64,000 nt of DNA from Candidatus Rokuibacteriota bacterium (GCA_016209385.1 JACQWB010000136.1:5880-69879); one strand, 5' to 3'. Positions 36,578 to 46,730 are shown, counted from the first letter of the stretch. The notes: generated by a model not told the origin, from the letters alone. Translations and numbers: made by a program.

Positions 36578-37695
36578 AGGGTGAGGCCTTGAGCGCGCCG
36601 CACTACGTGGTCGAGTACCACGAGCACACCGGCCTCTACCGGTGGCGGGTCGCCCCCGGGGAGCGGCTTTTGCTCCCGACGGGGCGACCTGCCCGCCGAG
36701 CTCCCAACGTCGTCGCGCTGGGAGGCGGAACCGGGCTCCCCGTCGTCCTGCAAGGCCTGAAGCAAGCCCTCCTTCCCCGCCGATGGCCGGGGGAATCGCC
36801 GCGGGATCAGGACCGGGACCGTCTCACCGCCATCGTGACGGTTGCGGACGACGGGGGAAGCTCGGGCCGCCTCCGACAGGCGTACCGGGTGCTCGCCCCC
36901 GGCGATATCCGCAACTGCCTCCTCGCCCTCGCGGAAGGCGATTCCACGGTGGGGGCGATCTTCGGCTTCCGCTTCAATGGCGGGAACGAGCTGGCGGGCC
37001 ACACGCTCGGCAATCTCATCCTGACGGCCCTGAGCCAGCTCGAGAGCGACTTTCTCAAGGCGGTCGAGCGGGCGAGCGACATCCTCGCGATCCGGGGGCG
37101 GGTCCTGCCGTCCACACTGGACGACGTCACCCTCCTGGCCGAGTTCGCCGACGGGAGCCGAGTGGAAGGCGAATCACGGATCGCGGCGGTCCGTCGCCCC
37201 ATCCGGCGAGTCCGTCTTCAGCCGGAAACCGCCCGGGCGCTGCCCCAGGCCCTGGACGCCATCGCTGCGGCGGACCTGATCGTGATCGGGCCGGGGAGCC
37301 TCTACACGAGCCTTTTGCCAACCCTGCTGGTGAAAGAGCTGGCGGAGGCCATCGCTCGCTCTCGGGCCCGGGTGGTGCTGGTGATGAACCTCATGACCGA
37401 GCCGGGAGACACCGACGGCTACACCGCCGCGGACTTCCTCCAGGCGCTACGCCGTCATACCCCCCAGGTGCCCATTCACGCGGTGCTCGTCAACAGCGCC
37501 AGGATCCCCGGGGAGCTGAGCGAGCGGTACGCGGCGGAGGGCGCCGCCCCGATGCCCGTGGAGGTGGAAGTCCTCAAGGCGGTCGGGTGCCGGCCGGTGG
37601 AGCGGGATCTCCTTGGCGGGGGTCCGCTGGTTCGGCACGATCCGCAGAAGCTCGCGCGGGCGGTGCTGGAGCTGGCGGCTGGGGTGCCGGAATGA
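36574..37695 (+). CDS. YvcK/CofD-family protein (UPF0052; gluconeogenesis factor-like).
   Basis: VVALGGGTGL...TVADDGGSSGRLR core motifs. Confidence 0.75.
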   Translation: MKGEALSAPHYVVEYHEHTGLYRWRVAPGERLLLPTGRPARRAPNVVALGGGTGLPVVLQGLKQALLPRRWPGESPRDQDRDRLTAIVTVADDGGSSGRLRQAYRVLAPGDIRNCLLALAEGDSTVGAIFGFRFNGGNELAGHTLGNLILTALSQLESDFLKAVERASDILAIRGRVLPSTLDDVTLLAEFADGSRVEGESRIAAVRRPIRRVRLQPETARALPQALDAIAAADLIVIGPGSLYTSLLPTLLVKELAEAIARSRARVVLVMNLMTEPGDTDGYTAADFLQALRRHTPQVPIHAVLVNSARIPGELSERYAAEGAAPMPVEVEVLKAVGCRPVERDLLGGGPLVRHDPQKLARAVLELAAGVPE

Positions 37696-39002
37696 ATCAG
37701 GCGGAGCTTGCGGAGCTGATCCGAAATCACACCGCACGCCTGACCGTCGTCGGCCAGGGGTACGTGGGTCTCCCGCTGGCGGTCGAGTTCGCCCGTGCGG
37801 GATTTCCCGTGAGCGGCCTCGACACGGATGCGCACCGGGTCACCGCTCTCAACGCGGGCGGGCTGCACAGCCCGGACGTGGACGTGAAAGACCTGGTGGC
37901 GCTGCTCCGCGACGGTCGGTACGCGGCGACGTCGGACGTCTCCGTCCTCGACCGGAGCGACGTCGTGGTGATCTGCGTGCCGACGCCGCTCCGGAAGTCG
38001 AAGGACCCGGACATCTCCTTCGTCGTCGCGGCGGCAGAGCAGGTCGCCGCCAGGTCCAGGCCTGGCCAGCTCGTTGTTCTGGAATCCACGACCTACCCGG
38101 GGACCACCGAGGAGCTGCTCCGCCCCATGTTCGAGGCCCGGGGAGCCAAGGTCGGGGTGGACGTGTTCCTGGCCTTCTCGCCCGAGCGAATCGACCCGGG
38201 GAACCGGACCTTCAGGCTCCGCGACATTCCGAAGGTGGTGGGGGGCGTCACCCCGGCCTGCGGCCGCATGGCGGCCTTGCTCTACCGGCAGATCAGCGTC
38301 ACGGTCATCGAGGTCTCGAGCCCCAAGGTGGCCGAGCTTGCCAAGCTCTACGAGAACGTCTTCAGGAACGTCAACATCGCGCTGGCGAACGAGTTCGCCC
38401 TCATGTGCCGCCGCCTGGGCGTGAGTACGCGCGAGGTGATTGACGCGGCCGCCACGAAGCCCTTCGGCTTTCTCGCCTTCTATCCGGGCCCGGGCATCGG
38501 GGGCCATTGCATCGGCGTGGACCCGTTCTACCTTGCGTGGAAGATCCGCCTGAACGGGTACGAGGCCCGCTTCATCCACCTCGCCGACGAAATCAACCGC
38601 GCCATGCCCGCCTACGTGGTGGAGCTGGTGGCCGACGCCTTGAACCGGCGGCGGCGCTGCCTGAACGGCGCCAGGATCCTCGTGCTCGGGGTCGCGTACA
38701 AGCGCGGGGTCGGGGACATCCGCGAGTCTCCGGCTCTGGAGATCCTCGCGCGGCTCCGCGAAAAAGGGGCGCAGGCTTCGTACGCGGACCCCTACGTCCC
38801 CGCGGTCACGCTCGGCGGGGTCGTCCTCAAGGCCGTGGAGCCCACGGATCAGGTCCTCGCGTCGGCCGACTGTGTGCTGATCCTCACCGACCACCGCGAG
38901 TTCGATTACCGACGGGTCGTGGAGATGGCGTCCCTTGTCGTGGACACGCGGAGTGCCACCCGGGGGATCCCCGCGCCGGACGGGCGGGTCGTCACGTTGT
39001 AG
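37692..39002 (+). CDS. UDP-N-acetyl-D-hexosamine (ManNAc/GlcNAc) 6-dehydrogenase (WecC/WbpA/TviB family).
   Basis: Rossmann motif LTVVGQGYVGLPLA. Catalytic Cys motif GPGIGGHCIGVDP. ATGA overlap with the upstream gene. Confidence 0.85.
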   Translation: MNQAELAELIRNHTARLTVVGQGYVGLPLAVEFARAGFPVSGLDTDAHRVTALNAGGLHSPDVDVKDLVALLRDGRYAATSDVSVLDRSDVVVICVPTPLRKSKDPDISFVVAAAEQVAARSRPGQLVVLESTTYPGTTEELLRPMFEARGAKVGVDVFLAFSPERIDPGNRTFRLRDIPKVVGGVTPACGRMAALLYRQISVTVIEVSSPKVAELAKLYENVFRNVNIALANEFALMCRRLGVSTREVIDAAATKPFGFLAFYPGPGIGGHCIGVDPFYLAWKIRLNGYEARFIHLADEINRAMPAYVVELVADALNRRRRCLNGARILVLGVAYKRGVGDIRESPALEILARLREKGAQASYADPYVPAVTLGGVVLKAVEPTDQVLASADCVLILTDHREFDYRRVVEMASLVVDTRSATRGIPAPDGRVVTL

Positions 39003-39020
39003 ATGAACCGCGAATCCCAG

Positions 39021-39230
39021 GAGCGTGTCCGAGTAATGCCGCCGGGGAAATTCCATCGCGTCCGAGCGCGGGCTCTGCCCGCGCAATTGACTCCGGGCTC
39101 GTGCGGCGGGTGGCCTGCCTCGCGGCATGGCCGAACCCGCCACGCTCGAACCACCATTCCTGGGGGAGGCCTCGGAGGGGGCCCGGGTACCCACGCCGGA
39201 GGCGTGGGTGTCCCCCTCCGATGGGGCTAG
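39021..39230 (-). repeat. Copy E of the dispersed repeat. Long form with extra inserted segments and an enlarged terminal hairpin.
   Basis: GAGCGTGTCCGAGTAATGCC...GGCATGGCCGAACCCGCCACGCTCGAACCACCATTCCTGGGGGAGGCCTCGGAGGGGGCC...CCCCCTCC. Confidence 0.8.
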
Positions 39231-39231
39231 G

Positions 39232-40566
39232 ATGAACCCGAATTCCCCTCCGGCAGGGTGGCGGTCCGGTTTGGTGCAGGAACGCCGTGATCGGTCGGTG
39301 GCTCCTGCCGTGGCCGCTCCCAACGTCCCTGATGGCTCCGTGCCGTTCTGGGGCCTCATGACGTTCACCTTCATTTTGTTGCTCGCGCCCCAGAGCCTCG
39401 TTCCGGCCCTCGCCCCCTTACGCATCGCGCTGGTCACGGCCGGCCTGGCCATCGCGGCGCATCTGGGTGGTCGCTTCGTCCGCGGGCGGCCGTTCATGAG
39501 CCTCACCCGGGAGGTGTGGATCACCGCGTGCCTGGTCGGATGGGCGATCGTCACACTCCCGCTCTCCTACTGGCCGGGAGGGAGCGTGTCGCTTCTTCTC
39601 GGCCAGTACTTCAAAGCGCTCGCGGTCTTCTGGCTGATCGGCAACGTCGTGACCAGCCTTCCGAGGGTCCGGCTGCTGACGCAGGGGCTGAGCCTGATGG
39701 CGGTGCCCCTGGCCGTCTCGGGGGTCAGCAACTATCTCTCGGGTGAGTTCATCGCCGGGGGAGTGCACAGGCGCATCCACGGCTTCGACGCGCCGCTGAC
39801 CGGCAATCCAAACGATCTGGCGCTGATGCTCAGCCTGATCCTCCCGTTGAGCGTGGCGCTCGTGCTGGCAACCCGGAGGCCCCTGCTTCGTGTCCTGCTG
39901 CTCGGCAGCGTGGTGCTGAGCGTGGTCGGGGTGATCGTGACGTTCTCCCGGGGAGGGTTTCTGGCCCTGTCGACGATCGTCGCCATGTATCTGTGGAAGC
40001 TCCGGGGGCGGCGGGAATGGGGCTGGGCCCTGGCGGTGCCCCTCGTCGTGCTGGCGGGTCTGCCGTTCCTCCCGGAGGGGTACGTCGGACGCCTGGAGAC
40101 GATTACCGATATTCAGTCTGACCCGACCGGATCCGCACAGGCGCGGTGGACCGACTTGAACGCCGCGACGAGCTTCGTGCTCGCAAATCCGATCGTCGGA
40201 GCCGGGGTAGGCATGAACGCGCTGGCCCTGAACGAGCTGAGAGGGGCGACGTGGAGGGAAGTCCATAACGTGTATCTCGAGTACGCGGTGGACCTGGGCC
40301 TTCCCGGGCTCGTGCTGTTCCTGGTCCTCGTGTTCGGCTGCCTCAGGTGCGCGACGTTCGTTCAGCGGCGCTCCGCCGGAGTGCCGGCGCTCCGGGAACT
40401 GTTCTACCTCGCGGAAGGAATCCAGATCAGTCTCGCCGCGTTTGCCGTTGCCGCTCTCTTCTATCCGGCCGCCTACCACTTCTACTTCTATTACCTCGGC
40501 GGCCTGGCGGTGGCGGTCAAGGCGGTGTACGAGGCGGGCGCCCACCGGACCGGCCTGGACCGGTAA
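39232..40566 (+). CDS. O-antigen ligase / Wzy-like polymerase-family membrane protein.
   Basis: ~11 TM segments with a large periplasmic loop (Wzy_C-like). The track ORF starts inside repeat copy E; start taken at ATG 39232. Confidence 0.7.
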   Translation: MNPNSPPAGWRSGLVQERRDRSVAPAVAAPNVPDGSVPFWGLMTFTFILLLAPQSLVPALAPLRIALVTAGLAIAAHLGGRFVRGRPFMSLTREVWITACLVGWAIVTLPLSYWPGGSVSLLLGQYFKALAVFWLIGNVVTSLPRVRLLTQGLSLMAVPLAVSGVSNYLSGEFIAGGVHRRIHGFDAPLTGNPNDLALMLSLILPLSVALVLATRRPLLRVLLLGSVVLSVVGVIVTFSRGGFLALSTIVAMYLWKLRGRREWGWALAVPLVVLAGLPFLPEGYVGRLETITDIQSDPTGSAQARWTDLNAATSFVLANPIVGAGVGMNALALNELRGATWREVHNVYLEYAVDLGLPGLVLFLVLVFGCLRCATFVQRRSAGVPALRELFYLAEGIQISLAAFAVAALFYPAAYHFYFYYLGGLAVAVKAVYEAGAHRTGLDR

Positions 40567-40623
40567 TCGCTCCAGCGACCGGGAGTGGGATCGGTATCCG
40601 TGGAGCATCCAGGGAGGCGGGCC

Positions 40624-41871
40624 ATGGACGGGGAACGGATCAGGCTCCTCGAGTTCGTCGCGCTGTTTGCCGTCGGCGGGACGGAACGGCATGTGGTCAA
40701 CCTGGCGCGGGGACTCGACCCCGCACGGTTCGAGCTGCAGCTGGCGTGCTTGAAGCGGTCTGGACACTTCCTCGGCGAGCTCGAGGCATGCCGGGTCCCG
40801 ATCCTGGAATACGGGATCAACAGCCTCTACAAGCTCAATACCTTCAAAGCGCAGCTGAGATTTGCCAGGTTCCTGAGAGATAACCGGATCGGGATCATGC
40901 ATTCGTACGGCTTCTACTGCAACGTCTTCGCGATACCGGCCGCCCGCCTGGCCGGCGTGCCCGTCATCGTGGCTTCGATCCGGGACATGGGGGATGTGTG
41001 GACTCCCATCCAGCGGCGCCTCCAGCGGGCCGTCTGCCGTCTGGCCCACTGTGTCCTGGTGAACGCGGAGGCGGTGAAGCAGCGGCTGATCGCGGAGGGG
41101 TACAGCCCGAAGAAGATCGCGGTCATCAGAAACGGGATCGCGCTGTCCAGGTTCCAGCGGCAGCGCGAAGGGGCGGCGGTGCGTCGGGAGATCGGACTTC
41201 CGCCGGCCGCGCCCGTGGTGGTCGTGCTGTCACGGTTAATCCGCATGAAAGGAATCGAGTACTTCCTGGAAGCGGCCGCCATCGTGTCGCGGCGGATTCC
41301 CGAGGCGCGGTTTCTGATCGTCGGAGACAGCGTGTGTTACCGGGATCGGACGCAGGTGGTGGGGGACCGCGCGTATCGGAGTGAGCTGGAGGAGTACGCG
41401 CGCCGCCTGGGCGTGGGCCAGCGCGTGGTGTTCACCGGGTTCAGGCTGGATGTGCCCGACCTGCTTTCGGAGGCCGCGATCTCCGTGCTTCCGTCGCTGA
41501 GCGAAGGGCTCTCCAACGTGCTGCTCGAATCGATGGCGGCCGGGGTGCCCGTCGTCGCCACGAACGTGGGGGGCAACCGGGAGGCCGTGGAGGACGGGGT
41601 CACGGGATGGCTGGTGCCGCCGCGTGACGCGCGGGCGCTGGCGCATGCGGTTGGCGTGCTGCTCGGGAACCCGGCTCTGGCGGCGCGCTTCGGCCGAGCC
41701 GGACGGCAGCGGGTCGCCGAGCACTTCTCGCTCCAAGGCATGGTACGGGAGACGGAGCGCCTGTACCTCAAGCTGGTGGGAGACGGCCGGTCGACGCCCG
41801 CTGCCGAAGCCGGCGCGGCAGGTGACGCTGGGCCAGGCGAGACGGACCCGGTCATGAGGGAGGCACGGTGA
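40624..41871 (+). CDS. Glycosyltransferase family 4 (GT-B fold).
   Basis: E-x7-E region SLSEGLSNVLLESMAAGVPVVAT. GGGAGG Shine-Dalgarno sequence upstream of ATG 40624. Confidence 0.8.
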   Translation: MDGERIRLLEFVALFAVGGTERHVVNLARGLDPARFELQLACLKRSGHFLGELEACRVPILEYGINSLYKLNTFKAQLRFARFLRDNRIGIMHSYGFYCNVFAIPAARLAGVPVIVASIRDMGDVWTPIQRRLQRAVCRLAHCVLVNAEAVKQRLIAEGYSPKKIAVIRNGIALSRFQRQREGAAVRREIGLPPAAPVVVVLSRLIRMKGIEYFLEAAAIVSRRIPEARFLIVGDSVCYRDRTQVVGDRAYRSELEEYARRLGVGQRVVFTGFRLDVPDLLSEAAISVLPSLSEGLSNVLLESMAAGVPVVATNVGGNREAVEDGVTGWLVPPRDARALAHAVGVLLGNPALAARFGRAGRQRVAEHFSLQGMVRETERLYLKLVGDGRSTPAAEAGAAGDAGPGETDPVMREAR

Positions 41872-43154
41872 AGGCGGCGGCAGCGGTCGTCGTGCCCGGG
41901 GATAGATCGCCCGCGACTCCCGCGTGGCGTGTGGAAACCATCTCCGATTTCAACTCCTTCCTGGATGCGGAGGCGGCCTGGAATGACGTTGTCGAAGCCG
42001 CCGGGATCGATCACCCGTTTCTGAGCCACGAGTGGGTGCGCACGTGGTGGGAGTCCTTCGGCGCCGGCAAGGAGCTTCACATTCTCGTCGTGAAGGCCGG
42101 CGGGGAGCCGGTCGCGATCGCTCCGTTGATGCGGAGCGTCGGGTGGATGTATGGCGTGCGGGTGCGCCGGCTCCAGTTCATCTCGAACGACCACACCCCC
42201 CGCTGCGACTTCATCATCGCGCGTCGAGCAGGCGACGCGTACCGGGCGATCTGGCGCGCGCTGTCGAGGGAGCAGGGCCTCTGGGACGTGCTCGAGCTGA
42301 ATCAGCTACAGGCCGGCTCGCGCAGTCTGGACGAGCTTTCGAGGCTGGCGGCCCGGGACGGATTCCGCATCGGTCTCTGGCGCTCGGCCGAGTCTCCTTA
42401 CGTGCCCCTGGTCGGAACGTGGGAGAGCTACCTGAAGGGGCTCCGCAGCCATCACCGGGCCAATCTGCGCAACCGGCTCAAACGGCTGAGCCGGCTCGGA
42501 CAGGTGGAGCTCGAGGTCGTTGCGCCGGATGAGCGACTGGGAAGCGCCCTGGAAGCGGGGCTGCGACTCGAGGCCGCCGCGTGGAAGGGAGAAGCCGGGA
42601 CCGCCATTCGCTGCCACCCCGCGGTCCACGCGTTTTACACAAGGCTTGCGGAGCGAGCGGCGCGGCGCGGCTGGCTGCGCCTGTCCTTCATGGCCATTGG
42701 TGACCGGCGGATCGCATTCAGTTACTCCCTGTGCTACAGGAACAGACTCTATCTGCTCAAGATCGGCTACGACCCGGAGTATGCCCAGTATTCGCCGTTC
42801 AATCTGCTTTGCGACGGGGTCCTGCGCAAGGCGTTCGCGGAGGGGTTGGCCGAATGTGATTTCATGGGGACGAAGGACAAGTGGAAACTGGAATGGACAA
42901 GGGAAACGCGGCCGCACTACTGGCTGTTTCTGTTCCCCAACGCCATGGGCCCGCGGCTCATCCACTGGGCGAAGTTCCAGCTGGTCCCGAGACTTCAGCG
43001 GCACCGGCTTTACCTGTCGCTTCGCGATACCGTGTTGCGCGCAAGAGGCAGGACCAACGGACTGACGCCTCCAGACCGAAGAACCTCCGGCGACGGCGCC
43101 GGTAGCCAGGTCGCGACCGCGCGGCCGCTGATCGGCGGGGGGGAAGCCCCATAA
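41868..43154 (+). CDS. FemAB-like GNAT-fold protein (Acetyltransf_6 / BioF2-like; PEP-CTERM-locus-associated subfamily).
   Basis: LSHEWVRTWWESFG...LLKIGYDPEYAQYSPFNLL is typical of the FemAB / CelD-like family. Confidence 0.75.
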   Translation: MKAAAAVVVPGDRSPATPAWRVETISDFNSFLDAEAAWNDVVEAAGIDHPFLSHEWVRTWWESFGAGKELHILVVKAGGEPVAIAPLMRSVGWMYGVRVRRLQFISNDHTPRCDFIIARRAGDAYRAIWRALSREQGLWDVLELNQLQAGSRSLDELSRLAARDGFRIGLWRSAESPYVPLVGTWESYLKGLRSHHRANLRNRLKRLSRLGQVELEVVAPDERLGSALEAGLRLEAAAWKGEAGTAIRCHPAVHAFYTRLAERAARRGWLRLSFMAIGDRRIAFSYSLCYRNRLYLLKIGYDPEYAQYSPFNLLCDGVLRKAFAEGLAECDFMGTKDKWKLEWTRETRPHYWLFLFPNAMGPRLIHWAKFQLVPRLQRHRLYLSLRDTVLRARGRTNGLTPPDRRTSGDGAGSQVATARPLIGGGEAP

Positions 43155-43156
43155 AG

Positions 43157-44296
43157 ATGTACGTGCCGGCATGGCCGGGCCTCGACCCAGCCTACCTCGT
43201 TCGGTGGCGCACCGCAGAACACGCTCCGTTCCCGCTGAACGCGCCGAAGCGCGCGTATTTCTATCGGGCGCGGAATGCGATTTACCACCTGTTCCGTGCC
43301 CTGGGCGGCCAGAACGGGAAGACCGTTCTCGTGCCCGACTACCACAGTGGCAACGAAGTCTGGGCGATCCGCGCCGCCGGGGCCGCCATACGCTATTACC
43401 GCGTGGGTCGGAACCTGGAACCGGATCTCGAGTACTTGAGACGCGTGTGCAGATCCGCCGACCCGGGCGCGTTGTTCATCATTCACTATCTGGGCTGGCC
43501 TCAACCGGTGAAGGAACTCCTGGCCTTGTGTCAGGAGCGGGGAATGCTCCTGATCGAGGATTGTGCGCTTTCGCTCCTCAGCGAGACCCGTGGGCGACCC
43601 CTCGGGACGTTCGGCCAGTACGCGGTGTTCTGCCTGTACAAGAGCTTGCCGCTGCCGCACGGCGGGCTGCTCGTCCAGAACGATCACGTGCTGGAGGAGC
43701 TGACCAGGCTCGAGCTGAAGCCATGCGGTGTGGCGTCGGTCGCGGGCAGAACCGCGGAGTTGATGCTGGAGTGGCTCCGGGCGCGGTCGGATTCTCCCGC
43801 GCGGATGCTGTTTTCCCTCAAGCGAGGGACCGGGCGGGTGCTGACTGCGCTCGGCGTCGACCGATTGCCGGTCGGTGAGATCGGGTTCGATCTGTCGAGC
43901 GTGAACGTCGGGATCTCGCCCCTGAATCTCGGCCTGTTGCGGCGGTTTGACTATGAGGCCATACGCCGGAGACGTCGGGAGAATTTCCGGCGGCTGCGCG
44001 AGAAGCTGGTTGGCAAAGCCACGCTGTTGGACAAAGAGCTTGAGGAGGGCGTGTGTCCCCTGTTCTTTCCGATTCTGGTCCCGGACAAACGGTTCGCCGC
44101 CCGGGCGTTACGCGAGCGCGGAATCGCCGCGGTCGAGTTCTGGAACTACGGTGATCCCGGGGCGGAGGGGAAGGAGTTCGCGGATGCCCGGTTCCTTCGC
44201 GCCCATGTTCTCGAGCTGCCGATCCATCAGGACATCACGCCGGCTCAGGTCAGTTACATGGCGGATCAGGTGGTGCGCCTGAAGCTGTATTTCTAG
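43157..44296 (+). CDS. DegT/DnrJ/EryC1/StrS-family aminotransferase-like protein (PLP fold).
   Basis: LLIEDCALSL...GQYAVFCLYKSLPLPHGGLL parallels the DegT motif around the PLP lysine. Confidence 0.55.
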   Translation: MYVPAWPGLDPAYLVRWRTAEHAPFPLNAPKRAYFYRARNAIYHLFRALGGQNGKTVLVPDYHSGNEVWAIRAAGAAIRYYRVGRNLEPDLEYLRRVCRSADPGALFIIHYLGWPQPVKELLALCQERGMLLIEDCALSLLSETRGRPLGTFGQYAVFCLYKSLPLPHGGLLVQNDHVLEELTRLELKPCGVASVAGRTAELMLEWLRARSDSPARMLFSLKRGTGRVLTALGVDRLPVGEIGFDLSSVNVGISPLNLGLLRRFDYEAIRRRRRENFRRLREKLVGKATLLDKELEEGVCPLFFPILVPDKRFAARALRERGIAAVEFWNYGDPGAEGKEFADARFLRAHVLELPIHQDITPAQVSYMADQVVRLKLYF

Positions 44297-44394
44297 GACA
44301 ATCGGAGGGGGCCTGGACGGCCCCCTCCGAGGCCTCCCCCAGGAATCTGTTGCGCGGGCTAAGCCCGCGCTCGAAGGGCATACTCCGACAGGCT
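44297..44394 (+). repeat. Copy F of the dispersed repeat (short form).
   Basis: GACAATCGGAGGGGGCCTGGACGGCCCCCTCCGAGGCCTCCCCCAGGAATCTGTTGCGCGGGCTAAGCCCGCGCTCGAAGGGCATACTCCGACAGGCT. Confidence 0.85.
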
Positions 44395-44408
44395 TTTAGC
44401 CAGGCCTG

Positions 44409-45590
44409 ATGCGGTTTGCGAGCATGGTCGAGAGGATAGAGGATCCGGCGGGCTTTGAGAAGCTCAGGGACGAGTGGGACGAGCTGCTCGAGGAGAGCGC
44501 GTCCAACTGTCTGTTCCTGACCTGGGAATGGCTGCACACGTGGTGGAGACATCTGGGGGAAGGCCGGCAGCTATCGCTGATTGCGGTTCGGTGCGAGGGC
44601 CGGCTGATCGCGGTGGCGCCGCTAACCGTGAGGCCGCGTCGAGTCACCGGCCTGGTTCCGTTTCGGGTACTCGAATTCCTTGGAACCGGCAGCGTCGGGT
44701 CCGATTACCTGGACCTCATCATCAGGCGAGGGCGGGAGCGGGAAGCGATACGCGCCCTCGTGGAGCATCTGGCCGACGGAAAGCTCATGCTGGAGCTGGC
44801 CCAGGTGAACAGGCATTCGTGTCTGGCCGCGGGCCTGGCCACGCAGCTGATGCTGCGAGGCTGGCGGCGCAGCCGGGCGACGACGGACATCTGCCCGTTC
44901 ATACGATTATCCGGCCACTCCTGGCAATCCTATCTCGCGACCCTGGGCGCGGAACACCGCTACAACTTCGGCCGGAGGCTGAGGAACCTGACGAAGCGGT
45001 TTGACGTACGTTTCGAACGAGTGGCATGGGAAGAGCAGCGCAGGACGACGCTGTCGGCCCTCTTCGCGCTGCACGACGTGCGCTGGCGGGAACGAGGGGG
45101 GTCCACGGCCTTTTGCACTCCTGGCCTTCGCTCGTTCCATGAGGAGGTCAGCCGTTTAGCGCTTCAGCGCGGCTGGCTGCGCCTCTTTGTCCTGCGGGTT
45201 GACGGGAAACCTGCGGCAGCGCTCTACGGATTCGCCTACGGACGGACCTTTTACTTCTATCAGGCGGGCTTCGACCCCTGCTACACCAAGCAGAGCGTGG
45301 GTCTCGTCACCCTGGGCCTCGCCATACAGAACGCGATCGAAGAGGGCGTGGACGAATTTGATCTGCTGCACGGGGACGAGCAGTACAAGTTGCATTGGGC
45401 GCGTGAGGCGCGCGAACTCGAACGGGTCGAGCTGTACCCCCCTCGCGTGCGAGGACTGCTCTACGAGGGCGCCGTGGAGCTGGGTCGAGCCGCGCGAAGA
45501 CTGGCGCGGCGCGTGCTCCCGAACGCGATCGTGAAGAAGATCGAGACTGGAGGACCGATTGATCTGTGGAAATGGCGTACGGCTGCGTAG
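44409..45590 (+). CDS. Second FemAB-like GNAT-fold protein (paralogue of 41868-43154).
   Basis: LTWEWLHTWWRHLG...FYQAGFDPCYTKQSVGLV. Confidence 0.75.
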   Translation: MRFASMVERIEDPAGFEKLRDEWDELLEESASNCLFLTWEWLHTWWRHLGEGRQLSLIAVRCEGRLIAVAPLTVRPRRVTGLVPFRVLEFLGTGSVGSDYLDLIIRRGREREAIRALVEHLADGKLMLELAQVNRHSCLAAGLATQLMLRGWRRSRATTDICPFIRLSGHSWQSYLATLGAEHRYNFGRRLRNLTKRFDVRFERVAWEEQRRTTLSALFALHDVRWRERGGSTAFCTPGLRSFHEEVSRLALQRGWLRLFVLRVDGKPAAALYGFAYGRTFYFYQAGFDPCYTKQSVGLVTLGLAIQNAIEEGVDEFDLLHGDEQYKLHWAREARELERVELYPPRVRGLLYEGAVELGRAARRLARRVLPNAIVKKIETGGPIDLWKWRTAA

Positions 45591-46725
45591 CCTGATCAAA
45601 AGCGGCGTCGCGCGCGCGGCGACCTGGACGAGAGCTGAGCGGTTGGCGCGCGTCCTGGGCGATGGGGAACGGATGCCTCTGGTGGTCTGTTACCACCGGG
45701 TGGTCGAGCATTTTGATCCGGACGAGAGGACTGTGATGCCCGCGATGCTGATCAGTCGCGGAGTGCTCGAGCGACACCTGGACTGGATCGGGCTGCGGTT
45801 CCGCTTCATCTCGCTCGACGAGCTAGGATCGCGGCTGGAGTCCGGGGAGCCGTTCGACGGGCCGGTGGCCGCCGTCACGTTCGACGATGGCTACAGCGAT
45901 GTGTACGAGAACGCGTTCCCGATCCTGAAGCGAAAAGGCATCCCCGCGGCGTTTTTCGTCATTACGGACCTGATCGGCACCTCGCGCCTGCCGGTGTACG
46001 ACAGGCTCTACCTGTTGCTCGCAGAGAGGTTTGCGAAATGGGGTTCGGTCATGTCCCGCACGCCTGGTCCACGAGCGAGCGGCAAACGGGCGAGCCCGCG
46101 CGGCACGGTGCCCACCTGTCTGGGCGAGAGCCCTGTCGGCGTGCTGGGCGCGCTGCTCGATGCGTTGTCCCAGAGCGAAATCGAGCGCGTGATCGAGGCG
46201 CTCGAAGCCGGGTGCGAGGTGGACCAGCGCGGGCTGGACGGAGCTCGCCCTGCGAGCTGGGAGATGGTCGCCGAGATGTGCCGCGCCGGGATGACGATCG
46301 GGTCGCACACGCGGAGCCATGTCCTGCTGCCGAACGAACACGAAGAAAAGGTGCTGGAGGAGATCGCGGGCTCGCGGCGAGAACTGGAGAGCCGACTCGG
46401 AGTACCGGTCAACCATTTCGCGTATCCGAGCGGGCGCTTCAATGCGGCGGTGGTTCGGGCGGTCGCGGCTCGCGGGTACCGCTTCGGCTATACCGTGTGT
46501 CGGCACCGTGACGATCGCTATCCGTTGCTGACGATCCCGCGGCGGGTCCTGTGGGAGAATTCGTGCCTCGACGGGCGCGGGCTCTTTTCCCCGGCCATCA
46601 TGCACTGCCAGGCTCACGGGCTCTTCGACCATTTCGCGCCCGCGTGCGAGCAGGATCACGGCTGGCCGAACGGCCAGACCGGCGCGTCTCGCGTCGTGTT
46701 GGACCTCGGGCCAGCGGGCGGCTAG
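45559..46725 (+). CDS. Polysaccharide deacetylase (NodB homology domain). Start uncertain, alternative at 45673.
   Basis: AVTFDDGYSDVYENAFPILKRKGIPAAFFV...GSHTRSH are NodB motifs. Confidence 0.75.
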   Translation: MICGNGVRLRSLIKSGVARAATWTRAERLARVLGDGERMPLVVCYHRVVEHFDPDERTVMPAMLISRGVLERHLDWIGLRFRFISLDELGSRLESGEPFDGPVAAVTFDDGYSDVYENAFPILKRKGIPAAFFVITDLIGTSRLPVYDRLYLLLAERFAKWGSVMSRTPGPRASGKRASPRGTVPTCLGESPVGVLGALLDALSQSEIERVIEALEAGCEVDQRGLDGARPASWEMVAEMCRAGMTIGSHTRSHVLLPNEHEEKVLEEIAGSRRELESRLGVPVNHFAYPSGRFNAAVVRAVAARGYRFGYTVCRHRDDRYPLLTIPRRVLWENSCLDGRGLFSPAIMHCQAHGLFDHFAPACEQDHGWPNGQTGASRVVLDLGPAGG

Positions 46726-46730
46726 ACCTC

